Shown: piece after piece, positions 26,054-40,301 of the stretch | How the letters are laid out: each line of letters begins with the position of its first letter | How positions within the stretch are numbered: the stretch's first letter is position 1 | NCBI RefSeq assembly: GCF_009914755.1 | Contig: NC_060937.1 | Source of the DNA: the human T2T-CHM13v2.0 reference genome, Homo sapiens | Reading direction: 5' to 3' (one strand) | DNA: 64,000 bases | Program-made: the position numbers and the translations under genes | Notes under the pieces: generated by a model | What the model saw: the letters and a program-made list of their open reading frames with translations, nothing else | Databases searched by the model: none | What the model was told of the DNA's origin: nothing

Positions 26054-28368
26054 ACTATTCAAGAGTTATGTTCTTCCAGCAATGCAAACATGATAGGACT
26101 GGAAAAGTATATGGGTATAAGGACAGAAGGCATATAATACATGCATACACATATGTATGTGTATATATGTGTGTCTATGTATATCTACCCGAAACAGAAT
26201 TCTTTTCGTTGAAAGTGAAAGAAGGAAAAACAAAAGGGGGAACTTAGAATAGTGGGATATTGAAGGAATTTGGGGACAAATCATCTTAAAGAACAATGAA
26301 AGTTGGGCTTTGGGATCAATTATAAGTAAACATTTGGATAAAGTCTGACCTACCTTCCTTCCTTCCTTCTTTTGCTCTCACTTACGTTTCAGTATATGGG
26401 TTTTATTTTACTTTTTTGAAAATTGAAGGAGTCAAAACTATTGTTAACTTAGAAGTTTCATATCTGGAAGAATTTTTTTTAATTCCAGTTTGAAAATTCT
26501 GAGAGTTTAATCTGAATGAGTATGTTAGTGTCTGTAGCTTGTCCGTACGCCACCATAGCTAGAAAAGTGGGGCCATGTAAGACTGTGGAATCCCAATGAC
26601 TATCATGGAGATACACAGATATGTTGGGGGAAGGGAGGAAAAGAGAGCCTAATTTCCAGAAGGGACAGATGCTGGTAGTACCATACTATTCATGCCCTTT
26701 TCAACAGTTACAAAAATAGTTATGTGCTAAAATGATCTCCAACAGAGTCTAAATCATAGGGATCTGCAAAACTACCGTACAGCCCCACTCTGTTCATTCA
26801 ATATGTTTGGTATAAAACCTATACCTAAGAAACATGAGCCTGCCAAAGGTTTAACATTGAAACTATTCATTACTGCTTATTCTAATTCAATACAGAAAAA
26901 AAGTATGTTCTTTATGTAGATGTGTAGATGATACTTTAATAAAAAATTATAAGATATCACATTGAAATAAGACCATTTGGTTAAAACATGATATATGATA
27001 TATATTATTTTAGTAGTAAAAATGATAAGATGTCTATTTCAGGATAATCTATAAATAAAGTTTGATTAAAATCTATTGTTTATATAAATAAAGGGAGAAA
27101 AACATCCTCATTCTTTTTTTGTACACAAAATAAATTAGTTGTAATGAAAATAACTAACTACCATTAGCTTAGTTCTATAATGCAATTTTAAGAAAAGCCC
27201 AAGGTGACTTAGCATATTTTAGAATTCATTTATTTCACTTTGGGATGAACTTTTTACTCTGTGATTTGAAAGCAGCACACTTCCTGTATTCCATTGTTTT
27301 GATGTAAAAGTGGATCATAAAATGATTGTGTGATGAAAAATAGCTTATACCATTATATTCCTGCCCAACTGGAACTTTGCTTTAATATAGTTTTATCCTT
27401 TGATTAATGTTCCATCAAGGTGGAAGTCACATTGTGATTTCTGTTCTTGATAACATAAATCATGATCATAGTAAACGTAAACTTTCAGAACAATATCTAT
27501 TTGTTATGCTTTGTTAGGTGACGGACACTATGGTATTTAACTATGACATAAATCTTTTCTCTATTTAGTACAAAACTACCTTGAACTAAAGCTCTGATGA
27601 TAAAATACATGATGGAAGAACATAGTTAGATTTGCCTGTCCAGTGATTTAGATGCCTTTGTTTCAAGAACAGTATTTATTTAAAAATATAAACATTGTCT
27701 AAAAGCCTCCTTGTTTCCAGTACTTTGTATACAGATACTTTTTTCTAAGTTAACCTAAAACACCTTATATTAATTTTGAATCTGAGATTATATTTCATTT
27801 TATGTGCTTTCTACATAAAAAGACATTAATATCTCACAATAGGAGTGTGTTATATGTTATTTCTAAGAAACAGATTGGAAAATGGAGGACGAAAGCTATC
27901 AAATTACCACATGAATGACTAGAAAATAGTTTTTTTTTTAAGTATTCAGTGCTTTCTGTCTTGTTTTATTTTCTTCTGTCCTATTCCGGGAAAACATTTT
28001 GCTTCTTTCATAATATTTATGCATGGAAATATATGTAAATTTGAAAGTAAAACTGTCTTGATTAAATGTCAATTGGTATCTCTGCTTCATTGTCTTTCTA
28101 CAGCTTTAGGATAAATTCTCATGACACTCTTTACTTATCTTACCTATGTCAAATACCCCCCAAAATATAAATAATTAATGGGTATTCATGTTTCTTATGT
28201 CAATCTTTCATGTTTTGGTCAGCATAATTCATAGATGGCCGAAGATTTCTCACTCTACCCTGCCAATTATGTTATGTGATATGACACAGTGGACCTTAAC
28301 CTAGGTGGATTATATAAGACAAGGGGGCCTAACATCACCGCACAAATCTTTTAAAAGAAGAAAGGTTT

Positions 28369-28705
<337 letters not shown>

Positions 28706-29160
28706 AAGAAGAAAGGTTTCTCCAACTGTTAAGGGAAATGAGAGAAAATTGGAAAGTGAGAAGGGTTCTTTACTGCTGAGATTGAGGAGGAGACACATGA
28801 TAAGGACTTTAGGGTCGTTCTTGAGAAGCTGAGAACTGACAGTCTGCAAGAAAATGGGAATCTCAATCTAATATCCACAAGGAATTAGACTCCACCAGAA
28901 ACCTGAAAGAGCTTGAAGGTCAATTGTTCTCCAGAATATCCAGAGAAGAGCTTGGCCTGACTGACAACTTGCTTTAAGACTCATGATAACTTAAGTAGAT
29001 AATTCAGCACTGCCTTTTTGGGACATTTGACTTACAAAAACTGTGTGATCATGAATCAGTATTGTTTTTAAGCTGCTGAAATTGTACTTTGTGACAAAAG
29101 AATAAGAAACAAATATATATACTTGCATATAACTTTGTAAGTGTAGGCAGCAAATCTATA

Positions 29161-29498
29161 TTGTCATGCATTGCTTAATGACAGGAATAATTCTGAGAAA
29201 TGACTCATTAGGTGATGTTGTTGTTTTGTGCAAACATCATAGAGTATACTTCCACAAACCTTAATGGTAGAGCCTACTACTTACCTAGCCTATATGATAT
29301 AGCCTATTGATCCTAGGCTGTAAATCCAGTTATTGTACTGAATACTCTAGGGAACTTAACGTAATTGTATCTGTGTATCTAAACAGAAAAGGGTACAATA
29401 AAAATAAAATAAATTATAATATTATAATAAAATTATAATTTTATGAGACCACTATCATATATGTGATGTCATTGACCAAAATGTTATTATTCAGACTG
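29161..29498 (+). mobile_element. Tigger3a/MER7A DNA transposon
   Basis: GTCATGCATTGCTTAATGACAGG..TTCTGAGAAATG..CAAACATCATAGAGT..CCTAGGCT..ATTGACCAAAATGTT..GACTG; flanked by TA. Confidence 0.85.
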
Positions 29499-29664
29499 TA
29501 GTATCTTCTACAATATCCACATTGTTTAGCATAATATGTTGGATATATCAATGTTAAATAAACATTTGCCAAATAAATAAATAACTATGTCCAGACATAA
29601 AAATATTCTAGATATGATTGTGGTTTCTGGTTAGAATTAAGTTTCTTTGTTCTGAAATTATAAC

Positions 29665-29885
29665 TTTTTGGACCCTCCATATGTGACAGGCAGTATATTA
29701 ATTGTTCTACTTGTATTATCTCATTGAATTCCCACAATTATCCTATAAGAAAGATACTATTACAGTCAGTCTGTCTGAGTGACAAATATTGGTCTTAGAG
29801 AGAATATGGAAATTTTCTGAGGTGATTCAATGGTGAAAATTAAATTTCATCTCAGATGTGTTAAACTCAAAAGTCCTGTGATCAG
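29665..29885 (-). mobile_element. MIR
   Basis: ATGTGACAGGCA..ATTATCTCATTGAATTCCCACAATTATCCTATAAG..TACTATTA. Confidence 0.7.
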
Positions 29886-31252
29886 TCATGTACTTGAAAT
29901 TATAAACTCTTTCACAGAGACAAGTACACATTGTTTGTGCTGTGTTCAAGCCATTAATTCAGTGCCTACTCTTTTGTATGTATTTGATTGAGAGGATATA
30001 TTACTTATGTAAGATATCATATTGAAAAATGAAACACAAATATTTATTTAAATGCATCCTTGTCTCTCTCCTTCCCCATCCCTCCCCTTCATTCCTTTCA
30101 CTCTTTCTTTTTTTCTTTGCTACTATTTGCTAGTCAATTAAATCATTAAAGAGTTGCTGGCATCAAAGATTATATGGGATTAGTGGAGTTAACATCTTAT
30201 ATAAATGACATAAATAGCAACAAATACCTTACACCTCCTTCATTTCTCCTTCTATCTTTGATGCTGCAAGAAAGAGCAAGGAGGGCCACATTTCCTTTTT
30301 TATACAGTAAGTGCCAAACATTGAAGAATTGATAGTGGTCTAGCTTACTGTCCATATTTGGGGTTGGGGGAAGCACAGAACATTTTTGATTGGACAAGTA
30401 GAAGAAAGTAATTAGATTGGCTATTAAATTTGCGATGGCAGAATGACTTCTTAAAAAGGACAGTAATAAATCTAACAGCTTATTTGTTCTGTGTTTGAAC
30501 AGAGCTCGTCCATATAACTTCATAGATCATAAACTGTATGAACTGTATGAATCCATGAATGGCATCCCCTAGATTTCTACAACACACAAATTGTAGAATT
30601 GCACCTAAATAACTTGGATGGATCCTGTTGTACTATCAAGAAAAATATTAATCTATTCTTTTTATTGTGTTGCCTTTTAGAATGTGGTAATGCCATGGAA
30701 CCCCTTCCCTTGACGAAATAAACTAAAATATTGACCACTATGAATGTGTGATTATAATACTTGTAAGGACTGTTTTTAAAAGTGTCAAAGAAAATCACAT
30801 CCTCAGATGATTCTCAGAGTGCGTGTTCACTATGAATCTGATATGAGTTAAGACAGATGAAACATGAGAGATGGTTCTGCACTCTCAAACATCCCATTCT
30901 TCACCATTTTCCCTTCTCCATTGTTTCTCTCCTCTGCTAGCAGTATATGAAGAGCCCACTATAAGATACTGATTTATAACAATAATTATAAACTAATAAA
31001 TTTAGTTATCTCAAGGTAAAAATAAGATATGATTTAATGTGCTAATTAGGGGTAAGGCATTAGTGTTAGTAAGAAGAGGGAATACATTTGTGTTGAAAGA
31101 TATTCAGATTATACTTGAAGCCAGTTAGGAGTGTTAAGAAAAATCCTGGGTGTCTAATGTAAAATACATAAATCAAAGGTACTGGATAAATACTGTGGTT
31201 ACAAAAACAAACAAAAATACCAAACGATCAAGTAATTTATTATGAAGAAATA

Positions 31253-31540
31253 GGCCAGGGTGGTGGCTCACGCCTGTAATCTCAGCACTTTGGGAAGCTG
31301 AGGCTGGTGGATCACTTGAGTTCAGATGTTCAAGCCCAACCTGGACAACATGGTAAAACCCCACCTCTAAAAGATATACAAAAAGAACTAACAAATAACC
31401 AGGCATGGTGCTGCACTCTTGTAGTCGCAGCTACTTGGGAGGCCCACGAATTCGAGGCTGCGGTGAGCTATAATCGTGCCACTGTGCTCCAGCCTGGGTG
31501 ACAGAAGAAGACCCTGCACTCCCAGCCCCCACAGAAAGAA
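31253..31540 (+). mobile_element. AluJ (Jo-like) with internal deletion
   Basis: GATCACTTGAG.., TTCGAGGCTGCGGTGAGCTATAATCG, GACCCTG diagnostics. Confidence 0.88.
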
Positions 31541-31618
31541 GTAAAATATGGTTAGATGACACATTTCTCAAGAAGCAATGCTACTGAAATTTCAAATTGC
31601 ACAATTCAGAAAATATCT

Positions 31619-34600
31619 GGGGCCAAGATGGCTGTCTCTATGCAGCCAGGTGGAACAGCTGCCATGGAAGGACCAGGATGACTGGCGGCACTTCTAACAG
31701 ATCTTCAGATGGAAAGCACTGAGAGTGGACAGAGGGAAGATACAGAAGCTGGGTGAAGGAGGAGGAAGTCGGGAGCCCTGGACGGGGCTACTGTGCACTG
31801 GTACTCATTGCTGGCTCCCAATAATTCCTGGAGAACTGGCAAAGAGCAACCTACTTACACCTCAGCACTCTGGAACCCTGGAAGGAGGAGACCCCTTGAC
31901 CACCAGAGATAATTGAGTTGGCAGGGAGAGCTCCTTAGACAAGTAGTAGGGGCAGCTCACCAGCTGTTGAAGAGCGAGGAGGGTTTGCCATGGGAGCATC
32001 CCTACTGGAGCATGGCCGAGGACATCCATCCCCCTTGGCTTGACTGGTTCCCATAGGAGAATTTAGCTCTAGGGGAACTATTGGACTGAACTGTGCAGAG
32101 TGGCCTTGCCCCTCAGGGGCCAGTCCAACCTGAGCAGCCTTGGTCTGTGGGTCTCTCCTGGGACCACAGCCTGGCTGAACCTACTTGCAGTGCAGCCTCA
32201 GGTTCCCTGGGGACCTGCATCATAGCTTCTTTGCTAGAAGACAGTACTTGATCAGCTGAGAGCTCCAGCAGGGCAACCCTTGCAGCCATACACCAGCCTG
32301 CTCACTCTCTCCTCTGCTGCAGCTTACCCCCCGGGCCACAGTCACCCTGCACATCATTTTGTCAGCATGTGTATAGGCAGGTGGATTTTGCCTTCTCTGC
32401 CCCACCAGCATGCATGTGTGCATGCACCCTGCCCTGCCACTGCTGCTGGTGGGAGTGCACTTCTCTCCTCAACTCCCACCTTACCACCATTGCAGTCAGA
32501 GCCTTAGCAGGCACACAGTCACCAGCCCTGCCCCTGCCAGCAACCCAGCAATTTCATGTTTGGCCATACTAAGCTTCTTAAGTAAAGGAGAAATAAGATC
32601 CATTCCAGACAAGCAAATGCTGAGAGAATTCATTACCACCAGACCTGCCTCACAAGAGCTTCAGAAGGAAGCACTAAATATGGAAAGGAAATATCATTAC
32701 CCGCCACTACAAAAACACAGGTAAGTACACAGACCAGGTGGCACTATAAAGCATCCACAAACAAGTCTTCATAATAACCAGCTAACATCATGATGATAGG
32801 ATCAAATCCACACATATCAATACTAACCTTGAATGTAAATGGGCTAAATGCCCCAGTTAAAATGCACAGAGTGGCAAGCTGGATAAAAATCCAAGACAGC
32901 AACCGTATGCCATCTTTAAGAAACCCATTTCACATGCAGTGACAACCATACGCTCAAAGTTAAGGAGTAGAGAAAAATCTACCAAATAAATGGAAAACAG
33001 AAAAAAGCAGGGGTTGTAATCTTATTTTAGACAAAACAGATTCTAGACCAACAAAGATTTTCAAAAAGACAAAGAAGGGCAATACATAATGATAAAGCAT
33101 TTGATTTAATAAGAAGACCTAACTATACTAAATATATATATACACCCAACACAGGCGCACTCAGATTCATAAAGAAAGTTCTTACAGACCATTAAAGAGA
33201 CTTAGACTCAAACACAATAATAATGGGATACTTCAACATACCACTAACAGTATTAGACAGATCATCAAGGCAGAAAATTAACAAAGATATTCAGGACCTG
33301 AACTCAGTACTGGATCAAATGGACCTGATAGACATCTACAGGATTTTCCATCCAAAAACAACAAGCTATACATTCTTCTCATCACTACATGGTTCATACT
33401 CTAAAATCAACCACATAATCAGATATAAAATAATCATCAGTGAATGCAAAAGTTATCATACCAAACACTCTTACAGACAACAGAAGAATAAAATTAGAAA
33501 TCAAGACTAAGAAAATTGCTCAAAACCAGACACTTACATTGAAATTAAATAACCTGCTCTTGAATGACTTTTGGGTAAATAATGAAATTAAGGCAGAGAG
33601 CAAGAAGTTCTTTGAAACTGATGAAAACAAAGATAGAACATACCAGGATCCCTGGACACAGCTAAGGCAGTGTTAAAAATAAAATTTACAGCACTAAATG
33701 CCCTAACATCAAAAAATTAGAAAGACTTCAATTTAGGACCCTAACAACACAAGTAAAAGAACTCAAGAACCGAAAGCAAATCAACACCAAAGCTTGCAGA
33801 AGACAAGATATAACCAAAATCAAAGCTGAACTGAAAGAGAATGAGACATGAAAAATCACTTAAATGATCAGCAAATCCAGGAGTTGTTTCTTTGAAAAAA
33901 AAAGTAATAAAATAGTTAGATCACTATCTAGACTAATAAAGAAAAGAGAGAAGATTCAAATAAACACAATTAGAAATGACAAAAGGTATATTACCACTGA
34001 CCCCACAGAAGTACAAATAGCCATCAGGGAATATTATGACCACCTCTATGCACGCAAACTGGAAAATCGAAAAGAAATGAATACATTCCTGGACACATAC
34101 ACCCTCCCAAGACTGAACCAGGAAGAAATCGAATCCCTAAATGCACCAACAGTGATCTTCAAAATTAAAACAGTAATAAATAACCTACCAACCAAAAAAA
34201 GCGCAGGACCAGGTCAATTCATAGCTGAGTTTTACCAGATGTACAAAAAAGAGCTAGTACCATTCCTACTGAAACTACTTTAAAAAAAAAAAAGAGAAGG
34301 ATGGATTCCTCCCTAAGTCATTTTATGAGGTATCATTCTGATACCAAAACCTGGCAGAGATACAGGAAAAGAAAACTTCAGGCCAATATCCACCAATGAG
34401 CAGCAATGCAAAAATCCTCAACAAAATACTGGCAAACCAAATCCAGCAGCACATCAAAAAGCTTATCCACCATGATCAAATAGGTTGTATCCCAGGATTG
34501 CAAGGTTGCTGCAACATATGCAAATCAATAAATTTGATTCATCCCACAAACAGAATTAAAGACAAAAACCTCACGATTATCTTAATAGACACAGAAAAGG

Positions 34601-36270
34601 CTTTTGATAAAATTCAACACTATTTCATTTAAAAAACTCTCAATAAAGTATTGAGGGAATATACCATGAAATAATAAGAGCCACGTATGACAAACTCACA
34701 ACCACATCATACTGAATAATCAAAAGCTGGAAGCATTCCCCATGAAAACCAGCACAAGACAAGGATGCCCTCTCTCACCACTCCTGTTCAACATAGTAAT
34801 GGAAATCCTGGCCAGAGCAATCAGGCAAGAGAAAGAAATAAAGGGCATCCAAATAGGAAAAGAGAAAGTCAAACTATCTGTGTTTGCAGATGACATGATT
34901 CTCCATCTAGACAACCTCACTGTCTCAGCCCCAAACCTCCTTAAGTTGATAAACAACTTCATCAATATCTCAGGATACAAAATCGATGTACAAAAATTAA
35001 TTGCATTACTAACAACAACTGAGCTGAGTGCCAAGTCAGGAATGCAATCTCATTCACAATTACTACATAAAGAATAAAATACCCAGGAATACAACTAACC
35101 AGAGAAATAAAACATCTCTACAATGAGAAGTAAAAAACACTGTTCAAAGAAATCAGATATGACACAAACAAACGGAAAAACATTGCATGCTCATGGGTAG
35201 GAAGAATTAATGTTGTTAAAATGGCAATACTGCCTATAACAATTTATAGATTCAACGCTATTTCTATCAAATTACCAATGACATTCTTCACAGAACTAGA
35301 GAAAACTATTAAAAAATGCATATGGAACCAAAAAAGAGCCCAAATAGCCAAGGCAATCCTAAGCAAAAAGAACAAAGCAAGGGGCATCATGCTACCTGAC
35401 TTCAAACTATACTACAGGGCTACAGTAATCAAAACAGCATGGTACTGGTACAAAAACAGACACACGAACAGACACTCTTCAAAAGAAGACCTAAATGGGG
35501 CCAACAAGGATATGAAAAAAAAAAAAAAGCTCAACATTACTGATCAGTAGAGAAATGCAAATCAAAAGCACAATGAAATCCCATCTCACACCAGTCAGAA
35601 AAGCTATTATTAAAAAGTCAAAAATAACAGATGCTGGTGAGGCTATAGAGCAAAAAGGAATACTTACACGTTGTTTGTGATTGTGGAAAACAGTGTGGTG
35701 ATTCCTAAAAGACCTAAAAGCAGAACTGCCGTTTGACCCAGCAATCCCATTACTTATATACTCAAAGGAATATAAACTGTTCTATCATAAAGACACAGGC
35801 ACATGTATGTTCATTGCAGCAGTGTTCACAATAGCAAAGACATAGAATCAACATAAGTGCCCATCAATGGTAGACTGGCTAAAGAAAATTTGAGACATAT
35901 ACACCATGGAATACTATGCAGCCAAAAAAAGAATGAGATCATGTTCTTTGCAGGAACATGGGTGAAGTTGCAGGCCATTATTGTTAGCAAACTAATGCAG
36001 GAACAGGAAGCCAAATACCACAAGGTCTCACTTATAAGTGAGAACTAAATAAAATGAACACATGGACACACAGAGGGAAACAACAGACACTGGGGCCTAC
36101 CTGAGGGTAAAAGGTAGGAGGAGGGAGAGGATCAGGAAAAATAACCAGTGGGTACTAGGCTCAATATCTGGTTGAAAAAATAATCTATACAACAAACCCC
36201 TGTGATATGAGTTTACCTATGTAACAAATCTGCAGATGTACCCCTGAACTTAAAATAAAAGTTAAAAAAA
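31619..36270 (+). mobile_element. L1PA13-like LINE-1 retaining both ends, with large internal deletions
   Basis: 5'UTR starts GGGGCCAAGATGGC; ORF1 C-terminus (LSFLSKGEIRSIPDKQMLREFITTRP); ORF2 fragments; 3'UTR GAGGGAGAGGATCAGGAAAAATAA..CCCCTGAACTTAAAATAAAAGTT plus poly(A). Confidence 0.93.
32793..36048 (+). pseudogene. Disrupted L1 ORF2 (endonuclease / reverse transcriptase)
   Basis: Start MIGSNPHISILTLNVNGLNAP; EN fragment MGYFNIPLTVLDRS; RT motifs [15 protein letters not shown] and FADDMIL; many stops and frameshifts. Confidence 0.92.
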
Positions 36271-37824
36271 GAAAGTCAATGTCTTATTGTGCTATGTAAA
36301 TAATTAGTTCTTGCGTATTATTTCCTATTAACATTGTATATATCTCAGTCATTAATTAATCTAACATGATTAACATTAATCAGTATCACAATGTGACTAA
36401 AGGTAAACTGATTTCAGTCACAATCACATTTCTAATTTATATTTCTGAAACATTTTGTTTCCACATTATTTGAAGACATATACTATTTCAATGACTTTAA
36501 AATGAATACCTAGATTGGTAAGCATAAATTTCTCAGTTTATTTCTCCAGGTTGTGCAGCAAATTATAACTGTAGAAATTATGTGAATTTTAGTACTGCCT
36601 ATGCCACATTTTGGCAATGTGATCTTGAGGAAGTGTCTGATATTGTCAAGAGGTTTCTAAATGTCTAATCTTATTTCTTCAAGAGATTAACCAGTTTTAA
36701 TTAAATTACTTATTATCAAGACAAGATATACCAATTTAAACAACGTTTAATGTGGATTTTAATTTTAAAATAATCAATGTAAACATTTCATTAATTCTGT
36801 TCATATTGGAAAACTTTTATGGTTTAAGTGTGCATTGTCTAAACAGAATAAAGTGTTTACAACACTATAATAAAATATAAAATATGCATATGTTAATGTT
36901 TACATAACTTAATTGTATACATTTATTTTAAGCTTTTTCTTCTCTAAATAGGGACTGTGAATTGCAGAATAATATTTTTTTCTGAAACTATTAATTATGG
37001 AAAAGGTAAAAATTTTACATCAAATTTTGGAACTGCTATGCCTGGGAGAAAAATACATTTAATTAACATCAACACCAGCATTTCCGTTGCATAAGCCAAG
37101 TAGACATAAAGTACTGAATGTCTCAGCTATAACTTCTTTAAGAACATTATTGTATTTTCTTGAATAACTACATGATTTACAGAGTGTTAGTGAAAAAAAA
37201 CTTTATGTTCAATGCTATTGGGATATACGTTAACCTGATTAAATGTCTAAGAATAATAAAACTAGAATTTGATGTTATATTTCCTTACAGGCAACTATCA
37301 ATTTTGAAAGAAACCATCTATCACAAAGACAAAAAAAAAACTGTTTTCAGAATATTTAAATTACGGAAAATATGTAATGAATCGCATTCTGATGAACCCA
37401 GGGGGCTGATAAGAAAACTGGAACTTGCAGATGAACATAGTACACAAAGTTCTTCTCGGTTTTCTTTTCATTTTCCAAACATTTTATATAGGCTTATTAG
37501 GTACAAATGAATGTATAACTGTGAATTTGCATCTAGTTAGGGACACTGGAGAGAAGGTTAATAATATTGCCATCTTTTAAAGACGTGGCTATTAGCTGTA
37601 AACATAATTAAATTGGATTTTTGTTAAAACTATGCTATAGAATTGTGAATAAAGCTATTTAAATGAAAGGTCAGGGCTGTACAGGTAATGATGTACTAAG
37701 TTTCCTTCCACATAGGTTCAATATTTTCTGTACATCCTTTGGAATGTTCTCCTAGTGTTCATGTCTGCCAGTATCGATGGAAACAACTATGCAGTCACCC
37801 CTGAACTTGGGTGTCTGGGTTTGG

Positions 37825-37910
37825 TGGAATGAACACTACTGGGAGTCAGTGTATCTAGAGTTTTGTACTGCCTGTGCCAAATTCTAGCTCTGTGGCCTGG
37901 AAGAAGAGAT
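37825..37910 (+). mobile_element. MIR fragment
   Basis: GTGGAATGAACACT..GGGAGTCAG..CTGTGCCA..CTAGCTCTGTGGCCTGG. Confidence 0.5.
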
Positions 37911-38099
37911 TAAAATTGAGGAAGTGATTTCTAATTTAAAAATTGGAAATTCTAATTTAAAAATTGAAAATACAAAATACCAAGAAATTATATTATTGCA
38001 ACCATTAGATTAAAATAGAATATAATACTTTTTAAAGGACAGTTTCTAAATATTTATTTTTATCTTATGCTATTATATTAGGCTCCAAAATGCTTTTTT

Positions 38100-39030
38100 T
38101 TAAAAAAAAAAACAGCCTTATGGAGGTATACTTGACATATGATAACTATGCATATTTCAAGTGTGCAAATTGATGAGTTTGACATAGATGGATATGCATC
38201 CACCCATGAAATTATCACCACAATCACAATAGTAAACTTATTCACCACCCCAAAAGTTTTCTTGTGCCTCTTTGCAAATCTTCCATCTCATTTCTAAAAG
38301 CCAACCTAATTCCTAGGCAACTCCTGATTGGCTCTCTGTCACCATAAATTAATTTGTATATTCCAGATTGTATAGAAAAGGAATTATAGGGCCTGGCATG
38401 GTGGCTCACGCCTATAATTCCAGTACCTTGGGAGGCCAAGAGGGGCGGGTCACTTGAGGTCAGGAGTTCAAGACCAGCCTGGCCAACATGGAGAAAACCT
38501 GTCTCTACTAAAAATATAAAAATTAGCAGGGCATTGTGGTGCGCACCTGTGATATCAGCTACTGGGGAGGCTGAGGCAGGTGAATCGCTTGAACCCGGAA
38601 GGCAGTTATTACAGTGAGCTGAGATTGCACCACTGTACTGGAGCCCTCGAGCCTGGGCGACAGAGCCAGACTCCATCTGAAAAAAAAAAAAAAAAAAAAA
38701 AAAAAGGATTATATAGTGTATACTCTTTGCATTTGGCTTTTTTAACACAGCATAATTATTTTGAGATTCAACTATGTTGTTCCATGTCACAACTGCATAT
38801 TAATTTTTATTGCTGAGTAGTACTCCATTGTAAGTCTACAACACAACTTATTTATTAATTCACTTGTTAAACACTGGTGTAGTTTCCAGCAGCTTGCTAC
38901 AGGAAATAAAGATCCCATTATCTTAACAATTTTAGTGTCTGTATAGTAATATCTCACTGTAGTTATTATTCCCATTTTCCAAATGATTCATGATGTTAAA
39001 CTTCTTTTCATGTATCTGTATATCTTCCTC
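38100..39030 (-). mobile_element. L1ME/L1MB 3' end interrupted by an Alu
   Basis: CAGCCTTATGGAGGTATA..TTGATGAGTTTGACA..TTTTTATTGCTGAGTAGTACTCCATTGT. Confidence 0.8.
38389..38704 (+). mobile_element. AluS (Sx/Sz-like)
   Basis: CACTTGAGGTCAGGAGTTCAAGACCAGCCTGGCCAACATGG; long A tail; near-identical flanks AAAAGGAATTATA and AAAAGGATTATA. Confidence 0.93.
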
Positions 39031-39174
39031 GGAGGGCCTACTTTTTATTCACCTTATGTACACTGCACTTACCATAGTGTCTTGAATATGATACACACAG
39101 GCAAAATATAACTTAACATAAATTTTGTCAGATTTTGAGTAATAATATATTTTTCATAGATTTGTCATCTTTAA

Positions 39175-39680
39175 AAAATGAACTTTTTTTGTAGAATGAG
39201 TTTAGGTTTATCTAAAAATTTGAACAGATAGTACAGAGGAAATTCGTATACCTAACACCCAATTTTCACTTTTATTAACATTTTACAAGAGTATGATACA
39301 TTTGTCACAATTAGTGATAGAATATTGATACAGTTATTAAATCAAACCATATTTCATTCAGCTCTTTTCATTTTTACCCAATTCCCTTTTTCTGTTCCAG
39401 AATCCCATCCAAGATTCCATATACATGTAATCGTCGTGTCTCCTTAGCCTCTTTTTGGCTGTGATAGTATCACAGACTTTCCTTCTTTTCAATAATCACA
39501 GTTTTGAGGAATAATTGCCAGTTATTTCATATACTGCCCCTCAACTGAGATTTGTATATGTTTTTTCTCATTACAGATAGGGGTTACGGGTTTTTGATAC
39601 AAAGAGCATAGAGGTGAATTATCATATTCATCAGATTATACCAAGAGCATCTACTATCAACATCACTTGGTTTTGTGACA
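39175..39680 (-). mobile_element. L1MC-type 3' end
   Basis: TTTAGGTTTA..GTACAGAG..TTTTTCTGTTCCAGAATCCCATCCAAGAT..GTCGTGTCTCCTTAG. Confidence 0.8.
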
Positions 39681-40301
39681 GTTGTTAGAGTTTACAATAT
39701 TCTATAAAATATATTTTGAGAGAGTGGTAGCTAATTTTTAACATATATATAATTTGGTCCATTTCTCACAAGATTAAAAGAAAACTAGTAGTCTCATTAA
39801 AATTCACACATTTTGGAACCAAAAATATTATAGCTGTCTCACAACAGAATAAATATACATGTTTGAAATGCAATTGTCTCTCACAACCAAGACATTATCT
39901 AAACAAATGTCTCCTTCTGTCTGCTCAATTCCTGTCCTATTTAATATAATTAGTTTAGCTTTCTAAATGCAGGTTGATAAATAGTATATCATTGTAAAAC
40001 AGAGTTGAAATATTCTTACGTCTTAAGCAAAAGTCTAACTTACAGTTGTCTATTTTAAGAAAATAAACGGGCTAAATTTTATTACTTAATGAAAATCTGA
40101 AATCATCCTAAAGTGTCTCAAGGGAAACAATTTGGTTCATGGTGCAATGTAAAAGGCACACACTAAAAATGTCCTAAGTTTGAATTTCATAAAAGCCACT
40201 AACAAGATGTTTGCCCATTAGAAAGACTCTTAACTCCCTTGAGTTCTGTTTTTCCATAAAATTGTATCGTAATGGTGGTAAGATGATCTATGAAGATTTC
40301 G

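Noticed and set aside
33223-36048. Reverse transcriptase/endonuclease ORFs as a novel retro-system
   Set aside because: Ordinary broken L1 ORF2 fragments
37929-37970. 21-bp tandem duplication, and similar 10-11 bp ones near 6020, 14281, 30532 and 62072
   Set aside because: Common slippage duplications in AT-rich DNA, with no further structure
38242-38790. Longest ORF in the track (182 aa)
   Set aside because: An antisense Alu plus L1M translation with typical Alu-derived peptide
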